Below are positions 16,421 to 25,786 of a stretch of DNA of 45,109 bases, piece by piece (positions within the stretch are counted from its first letter, which is position 1; each line of letters begins with the position of its first letter). Below the pieces are notes generated by a model. That model searched no databases, was not told the DNA's origin, and was given only the letters and a program-made list of their open reading frames with translations. Position numbers and translations under genes: made by a program. The DNA comes from Candidatus Haladaptatiplasma halalkaliphilum (GTDB lineage: Archaea; Thermoplasmatota; Thermoplasmata; Halarchaeoplasmatales; Halarchaeoplasmataceae). Location of the stretch: assembly GCA_019594055.1 (NCBI GenBank), contig JAFDTY010000003.1:1-45109 (forward strand). Direction: 5' to 3'.

Positions 16421-17297
16421 AGATGTGCTTGAAAAATACGTAAAAGCCGGGAAGGTGGCCAGGGAGTCACTGGAGGCTGGTAGAAAGGTATGCAAGGTGG
16501 GCATACCCTACTTTGAAGTGGTCAAGGAAGTGGAGAGGCGCATAAGGATGGGTGGGGCCTTTCCCGCGTTTCCGGTCAATGTTAGCGTTAATGATGTAGG
16601 TGCCCACTATACACCCTACCCCGGGGACGGTAAAGTATTCAGAACAGGTGATGTTGTCAAGATAGACGTGGGCTGTCACGTAGACGGTTACATAGCCGAT
16701 AACGCACTGACGGTAGAGATAGAGACCGATATTTACCGGCACATGATAGACGCGGTGGAGGACGCTCTGGACGCCGCGATAGACACCATACGTCCGGGTA
16801 TCCAGGTTAGGGATGTGGGTGGTTGTATAGAGGCCGTGATCACCGCAGCCGGCTATCGCCCCATACGGAATCTTACGGGACACGCTATGGAGAGATACGT
16901 GCTTCATTCGGGCCTTTCGATTCCTAATATTCGACGGGGCAGGGAACGTATAGAGGAAGGGACGGTACTTGCCGTCGAACCTTTCGCCACCGATGGCGCA
17001 GGTAAGGTGGATAACGGTACCATGGGCGAGATATACATATTACGAAGGGTCAGAAGATTAAAGGCTCCGGACATGGAATTTTACCAATGGCTCAACAATA
17101 ACTTCAAAACCATGCCCTTCGCCTCCTACTGGTGCAGTGCATATTCGGATAAATACCTAGCCGAGCTGGATCGCCTTTCAAGGCGGGGAGTTATCCAGGC
17201 ATATCCCTTACTCCTTGAACAGGGTCGGGGTAAGGTTACACAAAGGGAACATACCATGCTGGTTACCTCCGAGGGTGTGAGGGTTTTGACCGCATGA
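16413..17297 (+). CDS. map: Methionine aminopeptidase, type II
   Basis: AFPVN, AHYTP, KIDVGCHVDGYIAD, NLTGH, AVEPF and QREHT. TTG start with a GGGGTGA SD. Confidence 0.94.
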   Translation: MDEDVLEKYVKAGKVARESLEAGRKVCKVGIPYFEVVKEVERRIRMGGAFPAFPVNVSVNDVGAHYTPYPGDGKVFRTGDVVKIDVGCHVDGYIADNALTVEIETDIYRHMIDAVEDALDAAIDTIRPGIQVRDVGGCIEAVITAAGYRPIRNLTGHAMERYVLHSGLSIPNIRRGRERIEEGTVLAVEPFATDGAGKVDNGTMGEIYILRRVRRLKAPDMEFYQWLNNNFKTMPFASYWCSAYSDKYLAELDRLSRRGVIQAYPLLLEQGRGKVTQREHTMLVTSEGVRVLTA

Positions 17298-17302
17298 AGC
17301 GC

Positions 17303-18010
17303 TCAGATATCCCTGTCCCACTCGTCGATATACCGCTTGTCCTTTTTGACAACATCCCAATTCCCCTCGCGATATATCTTTGGGACCGTGAAGGCAATTA
17401 CCAGATTTACTATGAAGAAGGCTATGAGTATCGCAAAAATTATCTTTCCCGGGATACCGAAGAATTGTGCGCGCTGGACCACAACATAGAATTTATCGGT
17501 ATGCACCGGATGCATGATCAGTTTCCCCAGCCAGAGTAATATGCTGATGGAGAAGAGCCAAACGTACACATGTCTCAATCGATGAGAGACGGCCTCCCAA
17601 TAAGTTATCTTGAAGTGTGGCGTTTTGAGATCATCTGCAAGATTCGCCATCCATCTTCTACTGGTCACCTTCTCCTTTGGGTTTATTGAACGGGATATAT
17701 AATCTCTCTCCAGGGCCCTTACACGGCTGTGCCATAGATTGAAATACATGAAACGTCTCGACTCTATACCAAGAAGGAGTGCGATGAAAACTATGGAAAA
17801 TAGTAGTAGTTCGTGGGGATTGGCAGGATCGCTGTAGGTCCATGTGATAAGTGCGGAAAGTAACAGTATGGCCCAGTTTGTAGTGGTATCCAATCTCGAA
17901 CGCCAGTGATATGACCTTTGGACCTCGCCTCTGTACATGTGAACCAGAATTGTTGTGAATTCGGTCACATCCTGTTCGTCCACGAAATCCTCGGGGTCCG
18001 TCATCGTCAT
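17303..18010 (-). CDS. DUF2270-like integral membrane protein
   Basis: HMYRGE..R...WRSRLDTTTNWA and ESRR motifs, with about four hydrophobic segments. Confidence 0.8.
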   Translation of the reverse strand: MTMTDPEDFVDEQDVTEFTTILVHMYRGEVQRSYHWRSRLDTTTNWAILLLSALITWTYSDPANPHELLLFSIVFIALLLGIESRRFMYFNLWHSRVRALERDYISRSINPKEKVTSRRWMANLADDLKTPHFKITYWEAVSHRLRHVYVWLFSISILLWLGKLIMHPVHTDKFYVVVQRAQFFGIPGKIIFAILIAFFIVNLVIAFTVPKIYREGNWDVVKKDKRYIDEWDRDI

Positions 18011-18036
18011 ACAATCGAGATAGCCATTGGAGATAT

Positions 18037-18954
18037 TTAAATATAGTCGTGAGCGGCACCAGTTATTTCTTCGATGGTACCGATACCTTCAGATTCCATT
18101 ATCTCACACATCTCTTTGGATATCAGATGGGGGGCATCCTTACCCCGGTAATATAGCGCGGAGCCGATCTGGAGGGCCGATGCTCCGGCGAGTATGTACT
18201 CCAAAACATCCCTTCCGGTGTTGATTCCTCCGCAGCCGATTATGGGTATATCTATGGTTGAAAAAAGTTCGTATACACAGCGCAGTCCCACGGGCTTGAT
18301 CCCGGGACCGCTGTATCCGCCCACCCTGTTCCCCAAAAATGGTTTTTTGGTCTCAACGTCTATGGCCATGGCCTTGAGAGTGTTGATAGCTACGATGGCG
18401 TCGGCACCGGCACCCTGTACCGCGAGCCCTATCTGCGCTATGTTATCCGCAGGAGGCAGCTTGACAAGAACGGGTATATCCACGGAATTTCGGACCGCGA
18501 GAACCATGTTTCCCGCCATGACCTGGTCGTTGCCGAGAGCGGCCCCGAAACCCTTGGCATGGGGACAGCTTAGGTTCAGTTCCACTGCATCGGCACCGCA
18601 CCCCTCCATGTTCATGGCTATTTCCGCAAAGTGTTCTTCATCTGAAGCGAATATGCTACCTATAACCGGTATATCATCTACGTGTAAAATGAGTTCCTGT
18701 AACTCGTTACGATATGATCCTATGCCGGGGTTCGGTAGCCCCATGGCATTTAATAGACCGGTGTTTAGTTCCAGCATGGTAGGATTCGGGTGCCCCTCCC
18801 TGGGTTCGAGTCCGATGGATTTGGTAACTATTCCGCCGAATCCTCCTTTCAACGAATTTAACATCGAGGAAGAGGTTTGACCGAGTATGCCCGAAGCGAG
18901 TATGATAGGGGGTTCGAAATGCAGCCCGGCAACCTTGGAATATGGGGTTAACAT
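18037..18954 (-). CDS. pyrD: Dihydroorotate dehydrogenase, class 1 catalytic subunit
   Basis: LASG, VTKS, NAMGLPNPG, ELNLSCPH, VKL, INT, GGYSG and GCGGI. Confidence 0.93.
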   Translation of the reverse strand: MLTPYSKVAGLHFEPPIILASGILGQTSSSMLNSLKGGFGGIVTKSIGLEPREGHPNPTMLELNTGLLNAMGLPNPGIGSYRNELQELILHVDDIPVIGSIFASDEEHFAEIAMNMEGCGADAVELNLSCPHAKGFGAALGNDQVMAGNMVLAVRNSVDIPVLVKLPPADNIAQIGLAVQGAGADAIVAINTLKAMAIDVETKKPFLGNRVGGYSGPGIKPVGLRCVYELFSTIDIPIIGCGGINTGRDVLEYILAGASALQIGSALYYRGKDAPHLISKEMCEIMESEGIGTIEEITGAAHDYI

Positions 18955-18986
18955 GAGACAGGATGGTTTTGTTCGGATTAAAACTT

Positions 18987-19156
18987 TGGCATTTTTTCAT
19001 TACGAACGCAGTGAGTAATGTAAAAGTAAGGAAAACCGAAAGTTTTGTGGCATTTTTTCATTACGAACGCAGTGAGTAATGTAAAAGTAAGGAAAACCGA
19101 AAGTTTTGTGGCATTTTTTCATTACGAACGCAGTGAGTAATGTAAAAGTAAGGAAA
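18987..19156. repeat. Intergenic 61-bp tandem repeat, about 2.8 identical copies, hairpin-rich
   Basis: Unit TGGCATTTTTTCATTACGAACGCAGTGAGTAATGTAAAAGTAAGGAAAACCGAAAGTTTTG starts at 18987, 19048 and 19109. Confidence 0.95.
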
Positions 19157-19280
19157 GCCACAGGTTTTTTGGACATAAATATGGAGGGTGGACAGATACT
19201 TTGTCAAAGAGAAGAGGAATATTTGGTAATAGTAAATCGTTCAAAAATCGTGAATAGATATATGTTCGAGGTAATTTAAG

Positions 19281-19358
19281 GTAATTATAAATAGTGATAG
19301 GGTTGTAGGTATGGGCAAGATTCACGAATACGGTTGGAAGGTATCCTACCTTCCGCCG
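19281..19358 (+). promoter_or_regulatory. TATA box and 5'-UTR inverted repeat of the S8 protease gene
   Basis: TTATAAAT at 19285-19292 and GGAAGGTA-TCC-TACCTTCC at 19336-19354. Confidence 0.55.
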
Positions 19359-19375
19359 GTTAATAGGTGGATAAA

Positions 19376-22300
19376 ATGATCACAAAAACAAAGATGGGAA
19401 TATTTTTGGCAATATTACTAGTGATTTCGGTTTTTGCCACGGTACCCGTTATGTCTTTCGAAAGACAGGAAACGGATATCGTGTTGATCAGAACCAGCAA
19501 CTCCTACGAAATAACGAACTTAGAGGCTCTGGGGGCTAAGGTTATCGAGGTATACGATAACCATATCCTTGTAGAGGTCGATCTATCCGTGGTACCACAG
19601 ATAGAGAAAATGGGTTTGACGATCGATAGACTCGGGCGTCGAACGACTATATACGTTAATGACTATGTGTTCGATTTTACCAAAGGCGAACCACAGATGC
19701 CCGAAGAACTCACCGTCCATGAGTACCAGCCTCGTGTGAAGGGACAGTATATAGTGCACATGAAAGGACCTGTAGCCAGGAACTGGCGACCAACCCTTGA
19801 AGGTATGGGCGTTGAAGTTATGTGTTACATACCCAACTACGCCTACAGGGTTCGTATGAAACCTGAAATAGTCGGAAGGATATCCGAACTTTACTTCGTG
19901 GATTGGGTGGGTATCTATCACCCTTACTACAAGATACAACCCGGTCTGAGTCCGGGCATGGTAGAGATAGGTTTGGTTCCCGGCGCAAGTAGTGAAAGTC
20001 TAAATGCCGTTGGCCAATATGCCACGGTTACGGGTGTCGAACAGTTCCAAAACGGCGAATACTTCTTAACCGCTTTTGCGGATACTACGAACACATTGCA
20101 CGAATTGGGTCGGATCGATGACATACTTTACATCATGGAACGAACAGAGATGCAGCTACAGTGTGAGATGAGCACACAGATAATCGGTGGCGGTTTGTGG
20201 TTCTTCGATGACGATAATGATCCGACTACGGCTTATCGTGCACATGGTGATTACGGTTCGTACATGAACCAGATAGGTTATACCGGTGAAGGTGTGGTCA
20301 TCGCGGTAGCGGATACAGGTCTCGGTGGAGGCACAGTGGGTAATCAACACGCAGACTTCCAGGATCGTGTGATCGGCGGATACTCCTACCAGGGTGGATG
20401 GGAGGACGGCCATGGTCATGGTACCCATTGCGCTGGTTCCGCAGCGGGGCACACTCACGGCGGTACGGGAACCACGGTCTACAACAACTACTACGCCGCC
20501 GAGGGATTGGCACCATCTGCAGAGTTATATGCCGTTAGGATATTCGGGGGTTCCGGGGGTGGGACATGGATAGGGCCTTCCGATATATACCATATAGTTC
20601 AGATCGCCAAGGAAAACGCTGACGCGTATGTCCACACAAATTCATGGGGTTCTATCGAGGCCACCGGGATATACGATTCCCGCTCATCTCGTTACGATGC
20701 CGCTGCGAGAGGCGAGGACATGGTCTTGGTCTGTGCAGCGGGCAATTCCGGTCCCGGTAGAACAACTATCATCAGACCCGGAACCGGCAAGAATGTTATC
20801 ACCGTCGGGGCGACGAATACCTACAACCCTGGTGGTACTCCCTCAACGAATAACCCCGAGTACATGGCGAGTTTCAGTTCACGAGGTTGGACAGCTGATA
20901 ACCGTATAAAGCCGGATATCATAGCGCCGGGAAGAGGTATCTTTTCCACAAGACCACTTTCGGGTTATGTATACATGTCCGGAACTTCCATGGCCACACC
21001 GGCAGCGGCAGGTGCGGCGGCTGTTATCGTAGAATGGTACGAGGTCAATCATATAGATAACGAACGGCCCAGTCCTGCCATGGTCAAAGCATTGATGATC
21101 AACACGGCTAACCAGATAGACGGAGACACGGAAGGCCCCATACCCAACCGTGACGAAGGCTGGGGCATGGTTGACATATCAAAACTTGAACGGCCCTTTG
21201 GGGAACCCGTACCTTTCTTCCTGTATGACCAGGAATCTATCTTCACCGAGAGTTTACAGGTCGAAGAGCATCTGATAATGGTTGATAGAGATAATGAACC
21301 CTTAAAGCTAAGTCTGGTTTGGACGGATAAGGAAGCCCCATCCGGCACTGGTAGCGGTCGCACTTTGATAAACGACCTGAACCTTGAGGTCGAATCGCCC
21401 GGTGGTTTAGTGTACCGTGGAAATGCCTTCAGCGGCGGATGGACACAGGAAGGTGCGGATTCCATGTCTATTTTCGATTACAGCGGAGATGGATGGGACG
21501 ATACCAACAACGTCGAGAACATATACATCCATCCCGATGAACTGGAACCTGGGGTTTATATCGTCCGGGTAGAAGCGCGGACCATAACCGAAGACGCCGT
21601 AGGTGTAGGTTACAACAGTCAGGATTACGCGTTGATTGCCTACAACGCCAAGGAGGAGATACCCGGCGACCCACCTGTTGTCGAGGTAACCAGACCGAAC
21701 GGTGGAGAGGTTTTCACTGCACGAACGGATGAAGATATTACATGGACGGCTTTACCCGGAGATGACCCCATTTACTTCATACAGCTAAGCTACAGCATCA
21801 ATGCAGGTGCCTCGTGGAGGATAATTGATACCGGTTTACCCAACACGGGTGTTTATACCTGGAACATACCAAACGTGAACAGTGACCAGTGTCTTGTGCG
21901 GGTCCGTGCCATCGATGAGATGGGACGTTCCGGACAGAACGTAAGTGACGATGTATTCGAGATAATAGGGTTGCCACCCACACCACCAGCGAATATTGAA
22001 GTACAGCATGCATCCGCACCCCATATGGCTGTGTTCGATGATTTTGCGGATGGTGACTACGATGGCTGGACTGTTTTCGATGGGACTTGGGACGCATCTC
22101 AAGGGTATCTGCAGGGTCACGGAAGCATATCGATCCCCGCCGAGATGAACGGTGAAAACATAGGTGCATACGGTCGTTGGGAGTTCGATTTCCAACTTAC
22201 AGAAACATCCGATGCTGCAGGATATCAGTTAATGAGGAACCACTTCATACAGATAGACAACCCGGATAGTCGTTATGCCAGTGGTTACTACGTGATCGTA

Positions 22301-24874
22301 ACCGGTGATATTCCCAATGGCGGTCAGATCAACCTATGGAGATGGGACAACGGAGATACACCACCGGAAGCCACGATCAACTCTAATTGGGCCCCAAATA
22401 CCAACGTGAACACTGTTGCTGTTGAAAGGGAAGAAAACGGTGCCTTTTCAATGTACCTGAACGGTAATCTACTGGGCGTGGGAACGGATAATACCTACAC
22501 TATAAATGAGTACATGGGCTTCAGACACAACTCGAATCCATCAGGAGGAGACGATCATATAATCCATGAGATCCGAGTTGCTGTCATGGGTGATGAGGAC
22601 GAACACAACCTTCTCACATGGAACCCCAGCCCGGACGAATCATTGGACGAGGTGATGCATTACAATATATATCGTACGGAATTTCAAAGCGGTCCTTGGG
22701 ACGGAAGCACTCTAATAGACAGTATACCCGTCGACGGTTCGCCTGAATACTCGTTCCTGGACTTAGGTAAAGGTATGCTGGACGACATATACTGGTGGTA
22801 TGTGGTACGTGCTGTAGGCACCAACGGTCTCGAAGAGATGAACATTAATGCTGTACAAGAACCCGGCGAGCCAGTAACTTTTGAGTTCGATGTGACCGTA
22901 GATGATATAATCGCCGGAGAGTACCCGACTATTGTCATATCCGATGCCACCGATGAAGGAGTACCCTTGGACGGTATTTACAGTGTTGATATACATATCC
23001 ATGGAAACGATATAACCGCGGACATGAACTTCGATGACGGCTATGCAGTATATGCATGGGCCGCACTGGCACTCACCACAGCGGACGACTATACGGCTTA
23101 TGCAACCATTGATGGCGCAACCAGATCCGACAATTTCGCTGTACAACCCGGTGAGACCGATCAACTTGTCATTACTCCCGCGACCGCTACCATCACAGCA
23201 GGGGATACTCAGGCTTATACCGCCATGGCTTACGACGAATACGATAACGAGATAGGTGATATCACCGCCGACACCGACTGGTCCATCAACACTGGTGCGG
23301 GCGGCAGCTGGGCGGGCAATGTTTACACCTCCGAATTTGCGGATGTTTGGACAGTAACCGGCGAATATGGAGAAGCAAACGGGACCGCAATATTGACGGT
23401 AGAAGCAGGAGCTGCCGTGAGTTTTGTCATACTTCCCGGCATATCGCAGATCTCGGCTGGTGAAACGCAGGTATACACCGGTTCAACCGCAGACGAATTC
23501 GGCAATCTCATCGATGACGTTACGGATTCGACAGACTGGTCCATAGAAGCGGGAGCAGGCGGCAGTTGGACAGATAACATATATACTTCCGAATATGCAG
23601 GCGAGTGGACCGTGACCGGAGAATATGGTGCTCTGACATTCGACGCAACACTGACAGTAGGACCGGCGGATGTACATACTGTAACGATCTCCCCATCAAC
23701 TGCTCAGACCGTCGAAGCGGGAGTAAACTTGCCATTCACCGCTGAAGCATGGGATGAGTACGAAAACCTGATAACCGATACGGTCGCAGATTTCACCTGG
23801 CAGAACACAAATGCTGACGGTGTGTTTAACCAGGAGATCGTGGGAAATTATTCGGTTGCTGCAACCTATGATGGTGTACCATCGTATCCCATTACGGTGA
23901 CTGTCATACCGGCAGGCGTTACCAACGTAACGATAATGCCGTCACAACCTCGGACCGTAAATGCCGGACAGAATCTGACATTCACAGCGGAAGCACGAGA
24001 TGAGTACGGAAACCTGATAACCGATATGGCAACTGAATTCACCTGGAATAACGCAAATACTAACGGAGTATTCAATGGAGAGCAGGCTGGAAACTATCTG
24101 GTGTCCGCAACCTACGGTGAGATTACGTCCGATACAACAACCGTAACAGTTGTTCCGGCTAGTGTTGCAAACGTGACAATATCTCCATCGACATCACAGA
24201 GCGTCGTTGCCGGTACAAACCTGGCATTCACAGCACAAGCCAGAGATCGATACGGCAATCTGATAACCGATACGGTGACGAACTTCACCTGGGATAACGC
24301 CAATGCGAGCGGTGTGTTCAACGAGGAAACGGTTGACGAATACCAGATTACAGCCAATTATGGGGGTGTCACATCGGACCCCACTACGGTGACAGTGATA
24401 CCGGCAGGTGTGGCTACCGTAACGATATCTCCATCGACCGCCCAAACAGTGTATACGGGAAAAAACCTGGCATTCACGGCACAAGCCAGGGACCAATACG
24501 GAAACCTGATAACCGATACGGCAACGGACTTCACATGGACAAATGCCAGTCCGGAAGGTGTGTTCAACAAGGACTCCGCAGGTGAATACGAGGTTACTGC
24601 CGCCTACGGCGGTATCACATCTGCAGCCACATTGGTAACAGCGGAAACGGACTCGTGGATAGAACTTCCCCACGGTAACACATGTTGGATATCTCTTCTA
24701 ATACTTATATTTATCATTATAATCATAATATTCGTAATGATAAAGAAGAGAAAAAATCCTGAAGTACCACCATTCGAAGAAGAACCTGGAACAATACAGG
24801 ACGATACGCCTCCACCGCCGCCCACTGAAGAACCGGGGGCGATGCCTGTGGATAATTCACCACCACCGGAATAG
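19376..24874 (+). CDS. Secreted, membrane-anchored multidomain S8 (subtilisin, KP-43-like) serine protease
   Basis: Signal peptide; triad VADTG / HGTHCAG / GTSMATP; oxyanion AAGN; LVWTD...NDLNL C-domain; FN3 and Ig-like repeats; C-terminal TM followed by KKRK and a Pro-rich tail. ATG 19376 follows an AGGTGG SD (alternative GTG 19367). Confidence 0.92.
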   Translation: MITKTKMGIFLAILLVISVFATVPVMSFERQETDIVLIRTSNSYEITNLEALGAKVIEVYDNHILVEVDLSVVPQIEKMGLTIDRLGRRTTIYVNDYVFDFTKGEPQMPEELTVHEYQPRVKGQYIVHMKGPVARNWRPTLEGMGVEVMCYIPNYAYRVRMKPEIVGRISELYFVDWVGIYHPYYKIQPGLSPGMVEIGLVPGASSESLNAVGQYATVTGVEQFQNGEYFLTAFADTTNTLHELGRIDDILYIMERTEMQLQCEMSTQIIGGGLWFFDDDNDPTTAYRAHGDYGSYMNQIGYTGEGVVIAVADTGLGGGTVGNQHADFQDRVIGGYSYQGGWEDGHGHGTHCAGSAAGHTHGGTGTTVYNNYYAAEGLAPSAELYAVRIFGGSGGGTWIGPSDIYHIVQIAKENADAYVHTNSWGSIEATGIYDSRSSRYDAAARGEDMVLVCAAGNSGPGRTTIIRPGTGKNVITVGATNTYNPGGTPSTNNPEYMASFSSRGWTADNRIKPDIIAPGRGIFSTRPLSGYVYMSGTSMATPAAAGAAAVIVEWYEVNHIDNERPSPAMVKALMINTANQIDGDTEGPIPNRDEGWGMVDISKLERPFGEPVPFFLYDQESIFTESLQVEEHLIMVDRDNEPLKLSLVWTDKEAPSGTGSGRTLINDLNLEVESPGGLVYRGNAFSGGWTQEGADSMSIFDYSGDGWDDTNNVENIYIHPDELEPGVYIVRVEARTITEDAVGVGYNSQDYALIAYNAKEEIPGDPPVVEVTRPNGGEVFTARTDEDITWTALPGDDPIYFIQLSYSINAGASWRIIDTGLPNTGVYTWNIPNVNSDQCLVRVRAIDEMGRSGQNVSDDVFEIIGLPPTPPANIEVQHASAPHMAVFDDFADGDYDGWTVFDGTWDASQGYLQGHGSISIPAEMNGENIGAYGRWEFDFQLTETSDAAGYQLMRNHFIQIDNPDSRYASGYYVIVTGDIPNGGQINLWRWDNGDTPPEATINSNWAPNTNVNTVAVEREENGAFSMYLNGNLLGVGTDNTYTINEYMGFRHNSNPSGGDDHIIHEIRVAVMGDEDEHNLLTWNPSPDESLDEVMHYNIYRTEFQSGPWDGSTLIDSIPVDGSPEYSFLDLGKGMLDDIYWWYVVRAVGTNGLEEMNINAVQEPGEPVTFEFDVTVDDIIAGEYPTIVISDATDEGVPLDGIYSVDIHIHGNDITADMNFDDGYAVYAWAALALTTADDYTAYATIDGATRSDNFAVQPGETDQLVITPATATITAGDTQAYTAMAYDEYDNEIGDITADTDWSINTGAGGSWAGNVYTSEFADVWTVTGEYGEANGTAILTVEAGAAVSFVILPGISQISAGETQVYTGSTADEFGNLIDDVTDSTDWSIEAGAGGSWTDNIYTSEYAGEWTVTGEYGALTFDATLTVGPADVHTVTISPSTAQTVEAGVNLPFTAEAWDEYENLITDTVADFTWQNTNADGVFNQEIVGNYSVAATYDGVPSYPITVTVIPAGVTNVTIMPSQPRTVNAGQNLTFTAEARDEYGNLITDMATEFTWNNANTNGVFNGEQAGNYLVSATYGEITSDTTTVTVVPASVANVTISPSTSQSVVAGTNLAFTAQARDRYGNLITDTVTNFTWDNANASGVFNEETVDEYQITANYGGVTSDPTTVTVIPAGVATVTISPSTAQTVYTGKNLAFTAQARDQYGNLITDTATDFTWTNASPEGVFNKDSAGEYEVTAAYGGITSAATLVTAETDSWIELPHGNTCWISLLILIFIIIIIIFVMIKKRKNPEVPPFEEEPGTIQDDTPPPPPTEEPGAMPVDNSPPPE
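23159..24640 (+). repeat. Intragenic Ig-like domain repeats (2 x 258 bp, then 4 x 246 bp)
   Basis: DWSI at 23276 and 23534. VTI(S/M)PS at 23681, 23927, 24173 and 24419. Copies are diverged at DNA level. Confidence 0.88.
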
Positions 24875-24902
24875 ATTGCACATACTGAAAACCTTGGAAA
24901 AA

Positions 24903-24922
24903 CCTTTTCCTTTTCTTTTTCT
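24903..24922 (+). terminator. Oligo-T terminator after the S8 protease gene
   Basis: CCTTTTCCTTTTCTTTTTCT about 30 nt after the stop. Confidence 0.6.
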
Positions 24923-25000
24923 ACACATGGAACAGCCCGTAAACCATCGATAATATTAAATGCTGAGTAGCTAATCCCCCTTAAGTAATGAGTGGTTAAA

Positions 25001-25702
25001 ATGCTCCGGGATACGATTTCAGGACTCGATAGGGTTTTCCTCACCGATATAGATACACCGAAGGTTATACTTGTTACCGGTCCACCGGGTTCTATGAAGA
25101 CCAGTTTCTGTTACCATGTGATGACGAAATATGTGGAAAAAACGGGTGCCTTCGGTTTATATACTACCTTGGAAGAAACGGTTGACAGTCATCTGAACAA
25201 CATGCAGAGTCTAGGTATAGATCTCAGCCTGAACATGCAAGTTTCCGATATCACTGACCTGCGGGAGATAGATCAGATAGTGGAAGAAGGTGATAGTACG
25301 GATTACGTAGACTTCATAGAGAAAATGCTCAGACACTTCAAGGAAGAAAAAGGCGACAGTTTCAAACTGTTCGCCCTGGATTCCCTTGGTGCCCTGTACT
25401 CCTTGATGGAGCACGAAAGGAACATGAGAAAGAAATTGTTCTACTTTTTCAAGCTATTGCGGGACCTTGACCTCTACAGCTTCGTAGTAATGGAGAGAAG
25501 CATCGGTACCGAAGCAAACCTTCTGGGAAACGAGGGCTTTCTGGTGGACGGACTGATCATGCTCGGCCTGGATCGAAACAGAGGAAAATTGACTAGATAT
25601 CTCCAGATAGAAAAGATGCGGGCGTGCAAACACAGCATGGAAAAACACGCCCTGGAAGTAGGAGATAGCGGATTGAAGATACTCGGACCCATATTCGAGT
25701 GA
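25001..25702 (+). CDS. Single-domain KaiC/RAD55-like RecA-superfamily ATPase
   Basis: TISGLD, Walker A variant GPPGSMKTS, TLEE, Walker B FALDSL, VDGLI and IEKMR. Confidence 0.88.
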   Translation: MLRDTISGLDRVFLTDIDTPKVILVTGPPGSMKTSFCYHVMTKYVEKTGAFGLYTTLEETVDSHLNNMQSLGIDLSLNMQVSDITDLREIDQIVEEGDSTDYVDFIEKMLRHFKEEKGDSFKLFALDSLGALYSLMEHERNMRKKLFYFFKLLRDLDLYSFVVMERSIGTEANLLGNEGFLVDGLIMLGLDRNRGKLTRYLQIEKMRACKHSMEKHALEVGDSGLKILGPIFE

Positions 25703-25786
25703 TACGATGAAAAGCTTTCGTAAGTTATATAAAACAGAAAGGCTATCGGCCTTTATTACATACGCAATACCCTTGGGGGAATAAAA

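Noticed and set aside
18987-19156. CRISPR array
   Set aside because: The whole 61-bp unit repeats identically with no unique spacers, and no cas genes are present.
19122-19325. 67-aa ORF running into the tandem repeat
   Set aside because: No SD, it overlaps the protease promoter, and it has no protein-like features.
25001-25702. Circadian clock KaiC or RadA/RadB recombinase
   Set aside because: It has a single domain, no kaiA/kaiB neighbours and no RadA N-terminal domain, so it is only KaiC-like.
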